Below the pieces are notes generated by a model, which did no database searches, had not been told where the DNA came from, and worked only from the letters and a program-made list of their open reading frames with translations. From Octopus sinensis (taxonomy: Eukaryota): DNA of 64,000 nt. Position 1 is the stretch's first letter. Every line of letters begins with the position of its first letter. The stretch lies in the NCBI RefSeq assembly GCF_006345805.1, contig NC_042997.1:45198001-45262000 (forward strand), read 5' to 3'. The translations under genes and the position numbers were made by a program. Below, in pieces: positions 40,793 to 54,070 of this stretch.

Positions 40793-41360
40793 TGCTCTAC
40801 CACTGGTATTTGAGAACTCTTTTTTCCACCTTGTTTCACATTTATGTGTTTACTCCGGTATATATATATACATATATAATGTTACAGAGTGTAAATGAAC
40901 AATGAAGAGTATACTCAAAACATAGCGTAGTGTATTTTAAACTGAATTTTCTTCTTGTGACTTGGGGTCCACTCCACTGTCATCTTCAAGTTTCAAACTT
41001 AGGTAAGGAAAAAGAGAATTCACTTTAAACTCTGTGTGTGAGTGTGTAAAGGTGGCAACAGGTTCAGGCATAGCTGTGTAGTTGAGTGGTTCTCTTCCCA
41101 ACAACATAGTTTCAGGTTTACCCCACAATATAGTACACAGGTATATGCATTGCAAACAGACATATACACATACACAGGTGTATCTATTGCATATACACAT
41201 ATACACCCACATACACAAGTATATGTATTGCATACACATTTATACACACATATACATAGATGTATGTATTACATACACACATACGCACACACACACACAC
41301 CTACATATATGTATGTACACCTGCATTCATGTATGTACGTATGCATTTTATACACACATA

Positions 41361-42564
41361 CGAGGGTTCTACAAAAAAGGTAAGTCATCTTCCAAGCAGA
41401 AACAATGTGCTCTCATTGAGTTCTTGACAAAGGAAATATTCAGGTTGTTTGTTTTTCCCTGGTGGCTACAGGTTGCTTATGGAGATGACATCATTGACAA
41501 GAGCAATGTGCCCTGATGGATGAAGAAGTTTAAAGAAGGGGAAACTGGCATTGAAGACAAACTACACAAATAAAGACCATCAGCTGTGACTAATGAGATG
41601 AATCACCAGCATATGGGGATGAACTGGTCTGCCCAGACAAACACATCACGATCTGTGAGCTTGCTAAACACGTGGACTGTTGTCACAATGCATTATGGAA
41701 GATGGAGAAAGACTGGGTAATGGACAGTATATGCAAAGGGGTACCTCAGCAGTTGCACACTCTATGAAGGAGAAAATTGTTGAAGTTTACTCTGATCTGC
41801 CGGAAGCATCTGAAATCAAAGAAAACACATTTCCTCTTGTTCTGGTGACAGGTGATGAAACATGGACGTATCTTTGAGATCTAGAGATGAAGGTTCAGTT
41901 TATGGAATGGTGCCTCATCTCTTCTCCAAGGCCCAAGATGTTCAAAAGACCACAGTTGGCACAAAACATCCTGGTGACTGTTATTGTTTCTTTTTTCTTT
42001 TGGGTGACAAAGGTACCATTCTCTTTGATTTTCTGAAATATGGCTGTATTGTGAACAGTAAACAATATATTGTGATGCTCCAAAAGATTAAAGAAGCTAT
42101 TATACGGAAGAGAACAAGCAAGAATCTAGAAAAAATCCATTCATAATTCACCTTGACAATGTGCAACACACACACACACACAATCATCTTTGGCAACAAA
42201 TCAGGTAATTGGTAAATTGGGCTGGTTTGTAGTCCACCATTCAGTGTACAGCCTGGATCTGGTGCCTTTTAACTTTCACCTGATCAGAACAATGAAAAAC
42301 AGTCTTCAGAGACAATAATTTGATGACATTGATGAAAGTAGCTGAGAAGTGAGTACATCAGTGTATACCTGAATTTTTCAAAGTGGATTCGAGAGTTTGG
42401 GTTCAATAGTGGCATGAATGCATAGTTTGTGATGGAGACTATATTGATTTACACCTTTGTATAAAAGAAAAATTAATCTACCAGCATGTGCAATTTGAAT
42501 GACCTACATCAATTAATAATAATATTATCTTCCTTCTTGCATTACTTTCAGCACAACTTTCATG
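41361..42564 (+). mobile_element. Old degenerate mariner
   Basis: Starts TA|cgagggtt; fragments QCALIEFL, LQVAYGDD, VTGDETW, NSKQYIVML, YSLDLVPFNFHL, WHECIVCDGDYID; degenerate right TIR gcattactttcagcacaactttcat. Confidence 0.85.
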
Positions 42565-43071
42565 CATTAATGTAACACACATTTAATGGCCAGTTTCCAT
42601 ACTGACATGAGCTGAATGGCTGGACAGGAACTGGCAAGGTCTGGGGCCACACCAGTTTCTATAGTCTGTTTTGGTTAGGTTCCTAAGGCTGGCTGCCCTT
42701 CCTAATGCCAACCACTTTACAGAGTGTACTGGGTGCTTTTTACATGACACCAGTACCCACACGAATGTTTTTTACGTAGCACTTGGTTTTAAGATCTCAA
42801 ATAAATATATGTGTGTGTGTGTGTGTTTTATGTATATGTATGTATGCACATATATGTGAGTGTATGGTTTGCTGTCATTAAAAACAAGAGTTAGTCATAG
42901 GGTTGGCATTTCAGGCCCAATTAACAATGACGCTTTGCTCAGCTGGTGAACTCACTGTTGCAAATAGAGGCACTTCATATAGGAGATGTATCATGTATCT
43001 AGTTTAAAACACAGATTCCTCATTCATAGTTTACTGTTGAGGAGGTTGGTTTTGGTAATACTAACAGCTTT

Positions 43072-43323
43072 CATCATCATCATCATCATCATTTAGCATC
43101 CACTTTCCATGCTGGCATGGGTTGGACGGTGCAACTGGGGTCTGGGAAGCCAGAAGGCTGCACCAGGCCCAGTCTGATCTGGCAACGTTTCTACGGCTGG
43201 ATGCCCTTCCTAACGCCAACCACTCCATGAGTGTAGTGGGTGCTTTTTACGTGCCACCTGCACAGGTGCCAGACAAGTCTGGCAAAAGGCCACAGTCGGA
43301 TGGTGCTTTTTACGTGCCACCAG
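43072..43323 (-). mobile_element. Family B copy
   Basis: Same core. Further or older copies at 31253-31510, 37836-37970, 42580-42780 and 54072-54470. Confidence 0.85.
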
Positions 43324-43577
43324 CTTTGATTGTGGAAATCAACAAAGATGGGAGTATTAGGTAGAATTCTTTAAGAATTTCAGATGATTGAAGAAAAATA
43401 AAATACTCTTAAAATTCCACACATCTAATAGAATCAGAGTTTTCAATTGTTGCATCAAAAATTTTATTGGTAGCAATTTACGAAATGTCAGAAAGAATAA
43501 AAGTTAAAGGAAGCATTAAGTCAAATCATTCTAAGATGATGGAACTTTAAAAGTTTTATGTAACTTTATTAATTATT

Positions 43578-43612
<35 letters not shown>

Positions 43613-44280
43613 CAACACTAACTCAAAGCTGACATCTACAAGGAAATCATGCATATCATATGAATGCCTTTGCTTGTTGAAAATAAGCTCTTCATTTAAA
43701 ATTAGTTTTAATGTTGTAAAAGGGGGAAAAAACAAACAAAAACAACTACCAACATAGAATAAATATAAAAACAAATTGCTTTAATTATATTGATACTGAA
43801 TCAAGGAGCCACTTATTTTGCCCTGTGTGAAAACGTTATACTTCAGAACTCAACTTCTTTATTTGTTGTACGATTCTTATTTATAGAATATGTTTCATTA
43901 TATTAACTTGAACTAATTTCCTAAATTTATTATCTGACTGCAAAATAATGTCTTGAAGATTGAAACAGAAGTATTTCTTCCTCTTCTTTGTTTTTAAATT
44001 CTAATTATAAAACCACTCACAACTGAAAATAAGTCAAGGAGCATTATTTTGCATGCAATTTTAAATTTTTTGAAAAGTCACTTTTCACTATCTCTTTCCA
44101 ACTTCTATATCTGATTTTTTCCAACTGTATTGGTTTTTCAGTTCTAATATAGTTTATTTGATTTTCTATCATTCATAACATGTATTTTATAACTGGAAGC
44201 TCTTCCAGTTTAGTATAAGAAATGTGACTGATTCTAACTTTTACAGCTATACAGACATACAAGGTGCAATACTGACATAC

Positions 44281-44357
44281 CAGAAAAAAACATTTTTGGT
44301 AGTTTTCAAACATATCTAGAACTAACCACTGAGAATCTGTATTCTTACCAACGATAC
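44281..44357 (-). pseudogene. Candidate pseudo-exon 6
   Basis: Acceptor ttataag, donor CTG|gtatgt. Open reading GIVGKNTDSQWLVLDMFENYQKCFFL, phase 1->0. Confidence 0.4.
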
Positions 44358-45096
44358 CTTATAATTTAATAACTTATAATTATTTTTAAATATTTATAAA
44401 TTATCAAATTTAGTTTCAAATTATTTTTAAAAAATCAAATTTTTATCTCATTAATTTAAAACAGTACCATTTGTGGATATTAATTAGCCACCAGTTAAAT
44501 ATTTTATGCCAGAGATTATTCTTAATGATGCAGTTCATTAAATGGGTGGAGATAGTATCTACGAGTTATAATGTTCTACTTGAAAGATAACCATAGATAT
44601 AAATGAAATTAAATCCTGTTAAATTAGTAATTCCATATCTGTGATATGTCACATATATCTGAATTTATATTTTGAATGTGTTTTGATGACATGAATATGT
44701 TCTTAATAACTCTCTCTAGAATACATTTATACACCTTTTACGCATATAACTTGCAAAGCTGTGATGCAAATACACTGATAGGTGTATGTATGTGTGTGTT
44801 GATACTTATATATTCACACACACACATACACATTCACACGGACATACATATTCACACAAACATACATACATATATACAAACAAAATGTGTATGTGCTTGT
44901 ATGTGTGTGGAAAGAGAGAGAGGGGGGAAGGAGAGAGAGAGGGGGAGGAGAGAGAGAGAGAGGGGAAGAATAGAACCAAACTTTGTCTTGATGTGACACA
45001 GAGATAAGGTCTGTGTATGCTGCAATGATTCTCATTGCTTCTGCTTCGCTCATGAAGATTGAAGTGTTCACAGTTTTGTATCTGTTGAGAGCACAC

Positions 45097-45505
45097 ACTC
45101 TCTTTTACTCTCTTTTACTTGTTTCAGTCATTTGACTGCGGCCATGCTGGAGCACCAACTTTAGTCGAGCAAATCGACCCCGGGACTTATTCTTTGTATG
45201 CCCAGTACTTATTCTATTGGTCTCTTTTGCCGAACCGCTAAGTGACGAGGACGTAAATACACCAGCATCGGTTGTCAAACACAGACACACAAACATATAC
45301 ACATACACACACATATATATATATATAAATATACATATATACGACAGGCTTCTTTCAGTTTCCGTCTACCAAATCCACTCACAAGGCATTAGTCAGCCCG
45401 GGGCTATAGCAGAAGACACTTGCCCAAGATGCCACGCAGTGGGACTGAACCTGGAACCATGTGGTTGGTTAGCAAGCTACTTACCACACAGCCACTCCTG
45501 CGCCT
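45097..45505 (-). mobile_element. SINE family A
   Basis: Full-length copy. Confidence 0.9.
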
Positions 45506-45731
45506 GTTTTGAAATTTAAAACTAGAAAATACCACATCAAATTTCCAATGTAAAATTATCACTCTAACAATGTGAACAAATTTCATGCATTGATCGCACA
45601 CATAAAGTGTTTAGTGTTAGCTATTCTCTTGCAGCTATCTCCAACTAATCAAGAAGGGCTGGAATAGGGAAAGCAACAGTGTTCAATAGGAAAGTCTGAT
45701 AACATTCATATCTAGGTTGACAGTTGTTTAC

Positions 45732-45838
45732 TGTCATAGGAGATGAGCATTAGCTTGCTGAAATGTAAGTTGGTATTTAACTTTAGGAATATTTTCATAT
45801 CTTAAAGAACCACTGGGTTTAGTTGTGTAAGGTCAAAA
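45732..45838 (-). pseudogene. Candidate pseudo-exon 5
   Basis: Strong acceptor atcttttatttcag. Reads F*PYTTKPSGSLRYENIPKVKYQLTFQQANAHLL* (2 TGA; the last falls at the recalled W of RILW). 3' boundary uncertain. Confidence 0.4.
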
Positions 45839-45969
45839 CTGAAATAAAAGATGGGCTACGTGTCATTTTTCCTCTTTCATGAACTAAGCTATAAACTATT
45901 TGATAATCTCTCTAGAGAAATTAAAATAAATAGTCTTTACAATTATGGCTGGATAAAAATGTTTGACCA

Positions 45970-46139
45970 TAGGTTGCAGGAGTGGCTGTGTGGTAAGTAG
46001 CTTGCTTACCAGCCACATGGTTCCAGGTTCAGTCCCACTGCGTGGCACTTTGGGCAAGTGTCTTCTATTATAGCCTCAGGTCGACCAAAGCCTTGGGAGT
46101 GAATTTGGTAGATGGAAACTGAAAGAAGCCTGTCGTATT

Positions 46140-46180
<41 letters not shown>

Positions 46181-46310
46181 TTGTCCCACCAACATCACTT
46201 GACATCTGATACTAGTGTGTTTAAGTCCCCATAACTTAGCGATTTGGCAAAAGAGACCGATAGATTAAGTCCTAGGCTTACAAAGAATAAGTCTTGGGGG
46301 TCGATTTGTT
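45970..46310 (+). mobile_element. SINE family A
   Basis: Copy lacking the extreme 3' end. Confidence 0.85.
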
Positions 46311-46655
46311 AAAAGAATAGGAATTTTGAAAATCATGATATTAAAAGCTAGACACAAGGAACACAAAGTTTATTCTGTATGGACACTTAACAGGAAAGTT
46401 AATCTCTCTTATTAAGATGCTTATCAACTATTTCTTACAAAACATCTTTTGAATAATTTTTGTGGTTGTATGGTAACAAGTTTGCTTCCCCGGCCACATC
46501 GTTCCAGGTTCAGTCCCACTGCATGGCACTGGGATGACCAAAGTCTTGTGAGAGGATTTGGTAGGAAGAAACTGAATGAAGCCTGTCATGTCTGATGGGT
46601 TGCCTATACCACTAGGAACTTTATAGGAGTGAACCCAGTGGTATCTCCCTGACTA

Positions 46656-46891
46656 AAGGCCGCGAGGAGCTGGCAGAAACGTTAGCACGCCGGGCGAAAT
46701 GCGTAGCCGTATTTCGTCTGCTGCTACTTTCTGAGTTCAAATTCCGCCGAGGTCGACTTTGCCTTTCATCCTTTCGGGGTTGATAAATAAAGTACCAGTT
46801 ACGCAATGGAGTCGATGTAATCAACCTAATCCGTTTGTCTGTCTTTGTTTGTCCCCTCTGTGTGTAGCCCCTTGTGGGTAGTAAAGAAATA
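46656..46891 (+). mobile_element. SINE family C (Nin-domain-like core)
   Basis: Core gcctttcatcctttcggggttgataaa..aagtaccag; 16-bp TSD ggtatctccctgacta (46640-46655 / 46892-46907). Confidence 0.92.
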
Positions 46892-47195
46892 GGTATCTCC
46901 CTGACTAGCCATAACCAACACTATATTAATTATTACTGCTTCAAAGTTTTTGAGTGTGCTTCTGTTTGGACATATGAACTACCATTGTGTGTGTGTGTGT
47001 GTCTGAGAGAGAGAGAGAGTGTGTGTGTGCATGCATGCATGTATACCTTGACATAGCATGATAGTTGTGAATGAGTGTTGCTGTCATATGGAGCAGTGCC
47101 ATTCATTTCCGATATTTTGTGAGAACATGTCTGGCCATGGGGAAATATTACTTTGCTTGGAAACAGGTGGGTGTTTGTGATGAAAAGGGCATCTA

Positions 47196-48487
47196 CGAGG
47201 GACGTTCGATAAGTAATGCCCCTGACCCACTTGCAGTTGTTTGATCTAGCTGAAATTTTGCATGTGCAATCATTTATATGTCTATAGAGTAAGTGACAAA
47301 TTACAGCTCTGAACTAATTGTGGTTTCTGATTTACAGGTATTTGAACTGAGTCAAGTGTGAAATGGAGCCTGTTGAGTGTCGAGCAGTGATCCGGTTTTT
47401 GTATTTGAAAGGATGCAGACCACGGGAGACTTTTGATGAAATGAAAGTAACTTATGGTGATGATGCCCCATCATATGACCTTGTAAAACGCTGGCATCGT
47501 GAAATCAAACATGGTCGGAACTCCGTGGAAACAGCTCCCAGATCTGGTCGCCCCACTTCTGCCATTGATGAGGCATCTGTCCGTCAAGTTGAGGCTGCCA
47601 TTTTGGAAGATCGACGCATAATTATTTGCCAAATAGCCCATGAGGTCAAGATTAGTACCGGGTCTGTGGAAACTATCATTCATGACCATTTGCATATGCA
47701 AAAGGTGTCTGCCAGATGGATTCCCAGGTTGCTCATGCCTTTCCAGAAGCAAGAACGCGTCAAGTGCTCGAGGGTAAATTTGGAGATGTGCCAAGAAGAT
47801 GAGTCAAAATTTTTCAAAAGACTGATTACACAGGATGAAACCTGGGTCCATCACGATGATCCAGAGACCGAAGCCCAGTCAATGCAGTGGAAGCACTGTG
47901 ACTCACCTCCTCCAAAGAAGGCAAGGGTGCAGCCCTCCGCTGGCAAAGTCATGCTCACAGTCTTCTGGGACAAGGACGGAGTAGTGATGACAGATTTCCT
48001 GGCAAAAGGTACCACAATTACAGGAGCCTATTATGCTTCACTTTTGAGGAAATTAAGAGAAGTTATCAAAATCAAGAGGCGGGGCAAGATCAGCAAAAGC
48101 ATCCTCCTCCTGCAGGACAACGCTCCGGTCCACAACTCACTTGTCGCCAGATCAGAAGCACAGGCGTATGGCTATGAACTCCTCCCCCATCCCCCCTACT
48201 TTCCTGACTTTGCACCCTCTGATTTCCCCTCTTCCCAGTCATGAAGTTGTTTTTGAAAGGAAAGCGTTTCCCAGATGATGCAGCCTTGATTGCTGAAGTC
48301 ACATTCAGGTTGAAGGACCAAGCTGGGATCTTCTACAAAAACGGTCTCCAGAGCTGCATCAAACGATGGGAAAAATGCGTAACTCTGGGTGGTTCCTATG
48401 TAGAAAAAGACTAATAACTGTGCCAAGTTTCGTTGCTCTACTGCTATGGGAAGTGGGTCAGGAGCATTACTTATTGAACGCCCCTCG
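47196..48487 (+). mobile_element. Full-length mariner transposon (irritans-like subfamily)
   Basis: 37-bp TIRs (cgagggacgttcgataagtaatgcccctgacccactt) with 3 mismatches; TA duplicated at 47194-47195 and 48488-48489; 1292 bp; interrupts a SINE. Confidence 0.96.
47363..48414 (+). pseudogene. Mariner DD34D transposase with a single 1-nt deletion near 48228
   Basis: WIPRLL, QDETW, QDNA-x-PHPPYFPDFAPSD (34 residues between D2 and D3). After the frameshift the frame continues MKLFLKGKRF...RWEKCVTLGGSYVEKD*; repaired length 350 aa. Confidence 0.93.
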
Positions 48488-50503
48488 TAGCCATACAAAA
48501 TCTGCATTAAATGAATTCCATTTGACCTACACAAGCAAGGAAAAGTAGACGTGGATTTTCTAAGGGTTGAAGTACTTTCTGTCACTAATCCTTATGTGTT
48601 TCCAAGCAAGCTAATACTTCCTTACACCAGCGAAGGAGAGAGAGAGAGAGAAAGATGGGGTGGCAGTAATAAAGATGGTTTAATGAGTATTTGGGTGATG
48701 CTGTGTTCTGAAATCAAGTCCTGAATGAAATCATAAATTAAACAAGTGATCCATTTGAAACAATGTGCCAACACCTCAAGTTAAAAGCAAATTGAAACGT
48801 TAAGTTGGAAGTAACAATTTTACAAGTAAATAGTTTGTGAAGTGTGCAAAATAAAACTGAATAGAAATTTAAAACAATATTTGTTATTTAAAACTAGATT
48901 TCATGCAGTGAGCATGTTTCAGATTTTCAACATCCATCTATATCATTCCTGTTGACACAAATATCAAAGATTACGAGTCCAACAGCTTTGGTCAGATATT
49001 CCTTTATTAATCATCCAAACTCACACATTCTCACCAGCCTTTAATCATTTTCAGTTCCATGAATTCACTTTGTGAATTCACTGAAGCGCTGGTTTTCACT
49101 ACAATCAACATTCTTGGTAACATGGTAACATGCAAGGTCAATGCAGAACATGTTGACAAAGTTGGATGGAGAATATCAATGAAGTATTATTTTGATGCTT
49201 CATATAACAAATATCTGATGTTTCTTCAAGTTAGTTTATTGTCAACAGCATGCACTGAGGAATTTTCCTTTTGAAATTTTATCCCAATATGTGTTTCACA
49301 GATAAAATAGTTTGAAGAATACCCCAAAAGATGTTTAGGTGAACATACTATATATATATATATATATATAATAGTCAAACAATAGAACTACTTAGGTTTT
49401 GAGGATCTTAAAAGGCAGTGGTTATATTGTGTGAGGGATGGGTTCAGTTTCTATGACTTCATAGAAATATAGGTAAAGAAATGTAGGGTCATTGTTGTCC
49501 ATCATCATTTTGATGCCTACTTTTCCATGCTTGCATGTGTCAGATGGAATATGCTGAAGCAGATTTTCTAAGGTGGAAGTCCTTTCTTTCACTAACCCTC
49601 ACATGTTTCCAAGCAAGGGAATACTTCCGTACACCAGCTATAACAATCCTCCTCCTTCTCTCAAGCAATAAGAGAGAGAGAGGAGTAATAGATATATATA
49701 TATATGGGGATGTATCACAGTTCTGATATCTTGGAATGAGTATATGATATACCCTGGTTTTATAAACATTATAAAATACTCTTCTACATGCTCACTACCT
49801 GTTAACAATAGTAGCCAATTCTCCTTCAATTCAAATCCTACCATTGTAAATAACGAATTTAAAGAAAGAAACATTGGACAATGTTGTCTCTTGTATACAA
49901 AAAGGTAAAAAAAAGTGGGATGTTCACAGCTGGAGCATCTTTCATCATAGGTCTAAACAATTAGAGGTGACCTATGGCCAAACAGTAAAAATGATAAGTC
50001 TTTAATGATGGAGAAGTGAGTGTTACTGCTGATTCCAACAACTGCTGAAAGGGAAGAAGGACAACAAAGAAGTAATTAAAATTAGTGAACTAGAATTACT
50101 TTTATCATGTAGAAAGCACAATAAAGAAGCTGAAGAATGCTGATCTTCACTTCTTAGATTTCCCCAAATTCTATTCAACGATTAGAAGGAAAGCAAAAAA
50201 GAATGCTTTCTTTAAAATATCAATATGGAATTAATAGTGAGGAATATATATATTCAATAGTTTATAGCAAAAATTTTATTTGTCTTCAACAGGATATGTG
50301 TGTGACCTGCCCTGAAGTACATTGCCCAACTGTGTATACTTCACTGTAGCTTGCAGTAAAACAGTATCGCTACATCTTAACAGAATGTATTAATATAGTG
50401 AAAAGTATGAAGAAATAAAACACCTGCTCCAAGAATACAGAACTATCTAATCAATGCTAGCATAGAAAAACAGACAGAAAATGAAGATAACTAAAACCAA
50501 AAC

Positions 50504-50534
<31 letters not shown>

Positions 50535-50573
50535 ATTGCATTGAATGCAAAGCAATGGCAGGTAAATCCTTAC

Positions 50574-50610
50574 AGCTTCAGCTAACTTAAAGCAGTGGAC
50601 CATTCTAGAT
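50574..50610 (-). pseudogene. Candidate pseudo-exon 4
   Basis: Acceptor atctttatag, donor GCT|gtaagg; 37 nt, phase 2->0, (K)SRMVHCFKLAEA; splices in frame to the previous exon. Confidence 0.55.
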
Positions 50611-50900
50611 CTATAAAGATATAGCAGAAGATTTGAATAATGCTTTTCTTAGAAATGAAATGTTTTGTTACACATACAGATTTTTCAGATGTAACTATTG
50701 ATAAACAGAAATTCGAGCCAGTAGTTGTTCACACATGGAGAAGAAACCCAATTTAAATGCATTTCACATGTAGACTAACGTAAATTGACCATAATTAGAA
50801 GTTGGATTTGTAAATGGTAGATTAACTGTCCAAAAATCACCTCAAAAACACTAGTGCTAAACATAATAGTATGTAATTTTCTTCTGCATAATCATAGCAC

Positions 50901-51319
50901 AAACTTGAGCAAGTGGTAGGTAGGTAGGCGATCATCTGATCCAACAATAATCATTTCAGTAGATTCAATTCCTGTCTACAGGAAGAGAGAAAAGGGAAAT
51001 CACAATATATATATAGAACATCAAGGGAAAGTAAAAGGAAACATTAATATCTGGGAGAGTTGGCCTGAGAGCTACTAATTGGAGACATACTCGACACGTA
51101 GTCAACTAGACGTCAACAGATGGAGTGAGGAATAATGTAAAGTGACAAACATCATTAAATTTCACAAACAAACATAAATGTAAATCAGGAAGGAAGAATA
51201 TGAATGAATGAACAATAAGGAAACCAGGTAGGAATCAAATGAACTAATATCTTAAGAGAAACGGTAATAATAACAACAACTCTAGCACCACCAACAGTAA
51301 TAACTGGGTTTGTAGTATT
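50901..51319 (+). repeat. Donor copy of a 419-bp direct duplication
   Basis: Identical to 59941-60359 except at 2 positions (51047 a/g, 51271 t/g). Confidence 0.95.
50905..50975 (-). pseudogene. Candidate pseudo-exon 3
   Basis: Strong acceptor ttttctctcttcctgtag, donor CAA|gtttgt. Open reading TGIESTEMIIVGSDDRLPTYHLL(K), phase 0->2. Confidence 0.55.
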
Positions 51320-52304
51320 TGCTATTCAATTTAAATGTAAGATTACATGCTTCTGTGTATATCTCTGCTAGCAATAAAATTAGTAGAGGGAAGGTAAAAA
51401 CAAACAAACAAACAAACAGTAACCAACAAAGAAATAAGATAACAAAATACAATAACAAAACACATCACAAGGGAATCATTCACCATTCCATTAGCTGCCA
51501 ATCTGTAATAATTTAAAAGAAATGATTTGTTGCAAAAATTCTTGTTTGTAAGCATCAATTATATAGGTGAGTGCGTGATGTACAAAGGTTTTCAACTAAA
51601 ACATATTGATAAGTTGGAAAGTGATCATTAAAAGAGTTAGAGACGAGGAATGGTAAACCATCAAAATACAGACAACATACAGTTTTGCATCCTCAACCCA
51701 CCCTCTTTCATATCAGTGAAGTTTGTATGCAAATTCAGACACCTATATATTGATACAGGTGTCACTAGTTGTATTGAAAAAAGGTGTTTTCTGAGTGATT
51801 GTGATGCCCTTTGCATAAGAAACTATTCTTTGATGATACAGGATGAGTAAAAGGCACCTTTTTTCCCCTCCCACCAGCTAGGTAGATACAGAAAGATAGA
51901 GTGGAACCTAACGGAAGGGAAGGGTATAAATTCAGGAGTATCAAGGGGCTCTGGATAAAGCAGTGCAGTGAGGTCCCTGCGCATGCAACTACAGTATACA
52001 AGGATTAGTAATGGGATCCTTAGACCTGAGGGGTTCTCAGGCAACTGCTCTATGTGCGCATGCTTTAAAATGTTTTGTTAAGATCACTCTTTTTATATTT
52101 TTTACAAAAATATCAGTAGAGAAAGAAAGATTCCCAAGACTCTGATAATCCCTGCTATACTCAAGGATAAGAATAAGTGAAGATAGTAAAGTTCCTGTGG
52201 GGGCATGTGGTTTAGTGGTTAGGGTTTCGGACTCATTATCAAAGGACTGTGGTTTTAATTCTTGAATCAGGTGATGCATTGCATTCTTGAGCAAAACAGT
52301 TCAT

Positions 52305-52593
52305 TCGCCTTACTGGCGTTTGTGCCGGTGTGCAGGTGGCACATGAAAAAAAACACCATTTGGGCATCGCCGCTGCCAGTACCATCTGACTGGCACGTAA
52401 AAGCACCCACTACACTCTCAGAGTGGTTGGCATTAGGAAGGGCATCCAGCTGTAGAAACTCTGCCAGATCAAGATTGGAGCCTGGTGCAGCCATCTGGTT
52501 CGCCAGTCCTCAGTCAAATCGTTCAACCCATGCTAGCATGGAAAGCGGATGTTAAACGATGATGATGATAATGATGATGATGATGATGATGAT
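52305..52593 (+). mobile_element. Family B copy nested in a SINE
   Basis: Interrupts the tRNA-headed SINE at 52197-52760. Confidence 0.8.
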
Positions 52594-52897
52594 GCTCCAG
52601 TTCACTCAGCAGACAAAAATAAGTAATCCTGTGACAGTCCAATGTCCCCATCCAGGGGATGGGTATGAATGCCACAACATCTGGGAAACCTGCCCCATGA
52701 GTCTCTATGACTCAAAAAGGGAGCTTTATCCTCTTGTCGTTCAGGTTCAGCATGGATTGTTGTAGAATAATAGAAATGGTTACAAAGAAAGGAGAACATG
52801 GGTAGAAAAGCAATTCTAGAAAAAAGGCTCCTGTTGAAAGAATTGCACAAAGAGACCAAGAGATGCAGCAGAGTGAGAGGATATGAAAAGATGTAGA

Positions 52898-53282
52898 TAG
52901 GCGCAGGAGTGGCTGTGTGGTAAGTAGCTTGCTAACCAACCATATGGTCCCGGGTTCAGTCCCACTGCGTGGCATCTTGGGCAAGTGCCTTCTGCTATAG
53001 CCCCGGGCCGACCAATGCTTTGTGAGTGGATTTGGTAGACGGAAACTGAAAGAAGCCTGTCGTATATATGTATATATATATAAGTGTGTGTGTATATGTT
53101 TGTGTGTCTGTGTTTGTCCCCCTAGAATTGCTTGACAACCGATGCTGGTTTGGCAAAAGAGACCGATAGAATAAGTACTGGGCTTACAAAGAATAAGTCC
53201 CGGGGTCGATTTGCTCGACTAAAGGCGGTGCTCCAGCATGGCCGCAGTCAAATGACTGAAACAAGTAAAAGAGTAAAAGAGA
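52898..53282 (+). mobile_element. tRNA-headed SINE family A (internal TA/TG microsatellite, GTAAAAGA tail)
   Basis: Head aggcgcaggagtggctgtgtggtaag..gggttcagtccc (A/B-box-like), then cttgggcaagtg core; at least 11 copies in the window. Confidence 0.9.
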
Positions 53283-53574
53283 GAGAGAGAGTGGTTTTAA
53301 AAGGAAAATAGTAAGGTCAGTAAGTTCATAAGAGTAGAATTTATCAGAGATAGAAGAGAAAAGAGAGGTTATCTAGACCAACAGTAAGCCTATTGTTGTA
53401 AATGAAGGCTTATCAGGTACAACTTTTTCTTGAACAGGTTCTCAACTGATAAAACTTATTCTACTCGGTATTAGATAAATAAAAATAAGGAAATGCTAAA
53501 TCAATAAAATGCTGTAAACTAACTGCATTAATAATTGACTTGAAGATGCAATCATACATTTTAATGGTCATATG

Positions 53575-53715
53575 TGTGTATGAGTGAGCATGCGCATATA
53601 TATTCATATATGAATATGTGTAAGTGTGTGTGTATATGTGTATGCATCTATAAATATATATATATATATGTTTGCATGTATATATGCATATGTATACACA
53701 TATATGCATGCAAAC

Positions 53716-53767
<52 letters not shown>

Positions 53768-53941
53768 GTATATACATATGCATATATACATGCAAACATA
53801 TATATATATATATATGTATATACATATGCATATATACATGCAAACATATATATATATATATATATGTATATACATATGCATATATACATGCAACATATAT
53901 ATATATATATATATGTATATACATATGCATATATACATGCA

Positions 53942-53973
<32 letters not shown>

Positions 53974-54070
53974 CGTATATACATATGCATATATACATGC
54001 AAACATATATATATATATATATATGTTTGCATGTATATATGTGTATACACACACACACACATATATACAT
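53575..54070. repeat. Higher-order (TA)n minisatellite
   Basis: ~40-bp unit tatacatatgcatatatacatgcaaaca(ta)n repeated about 6 times, with inverted units at both ends. Confidence 0.9.

Noticed and set aside
50892-50975. Reading this exon as a terminal exon (..HLLKFVL*)
   Set aside because: A gtttgt donor at 50904 splices in frame to the 37-nt exon at 50574-50610 and gives a better colinear match; not fully excluded.
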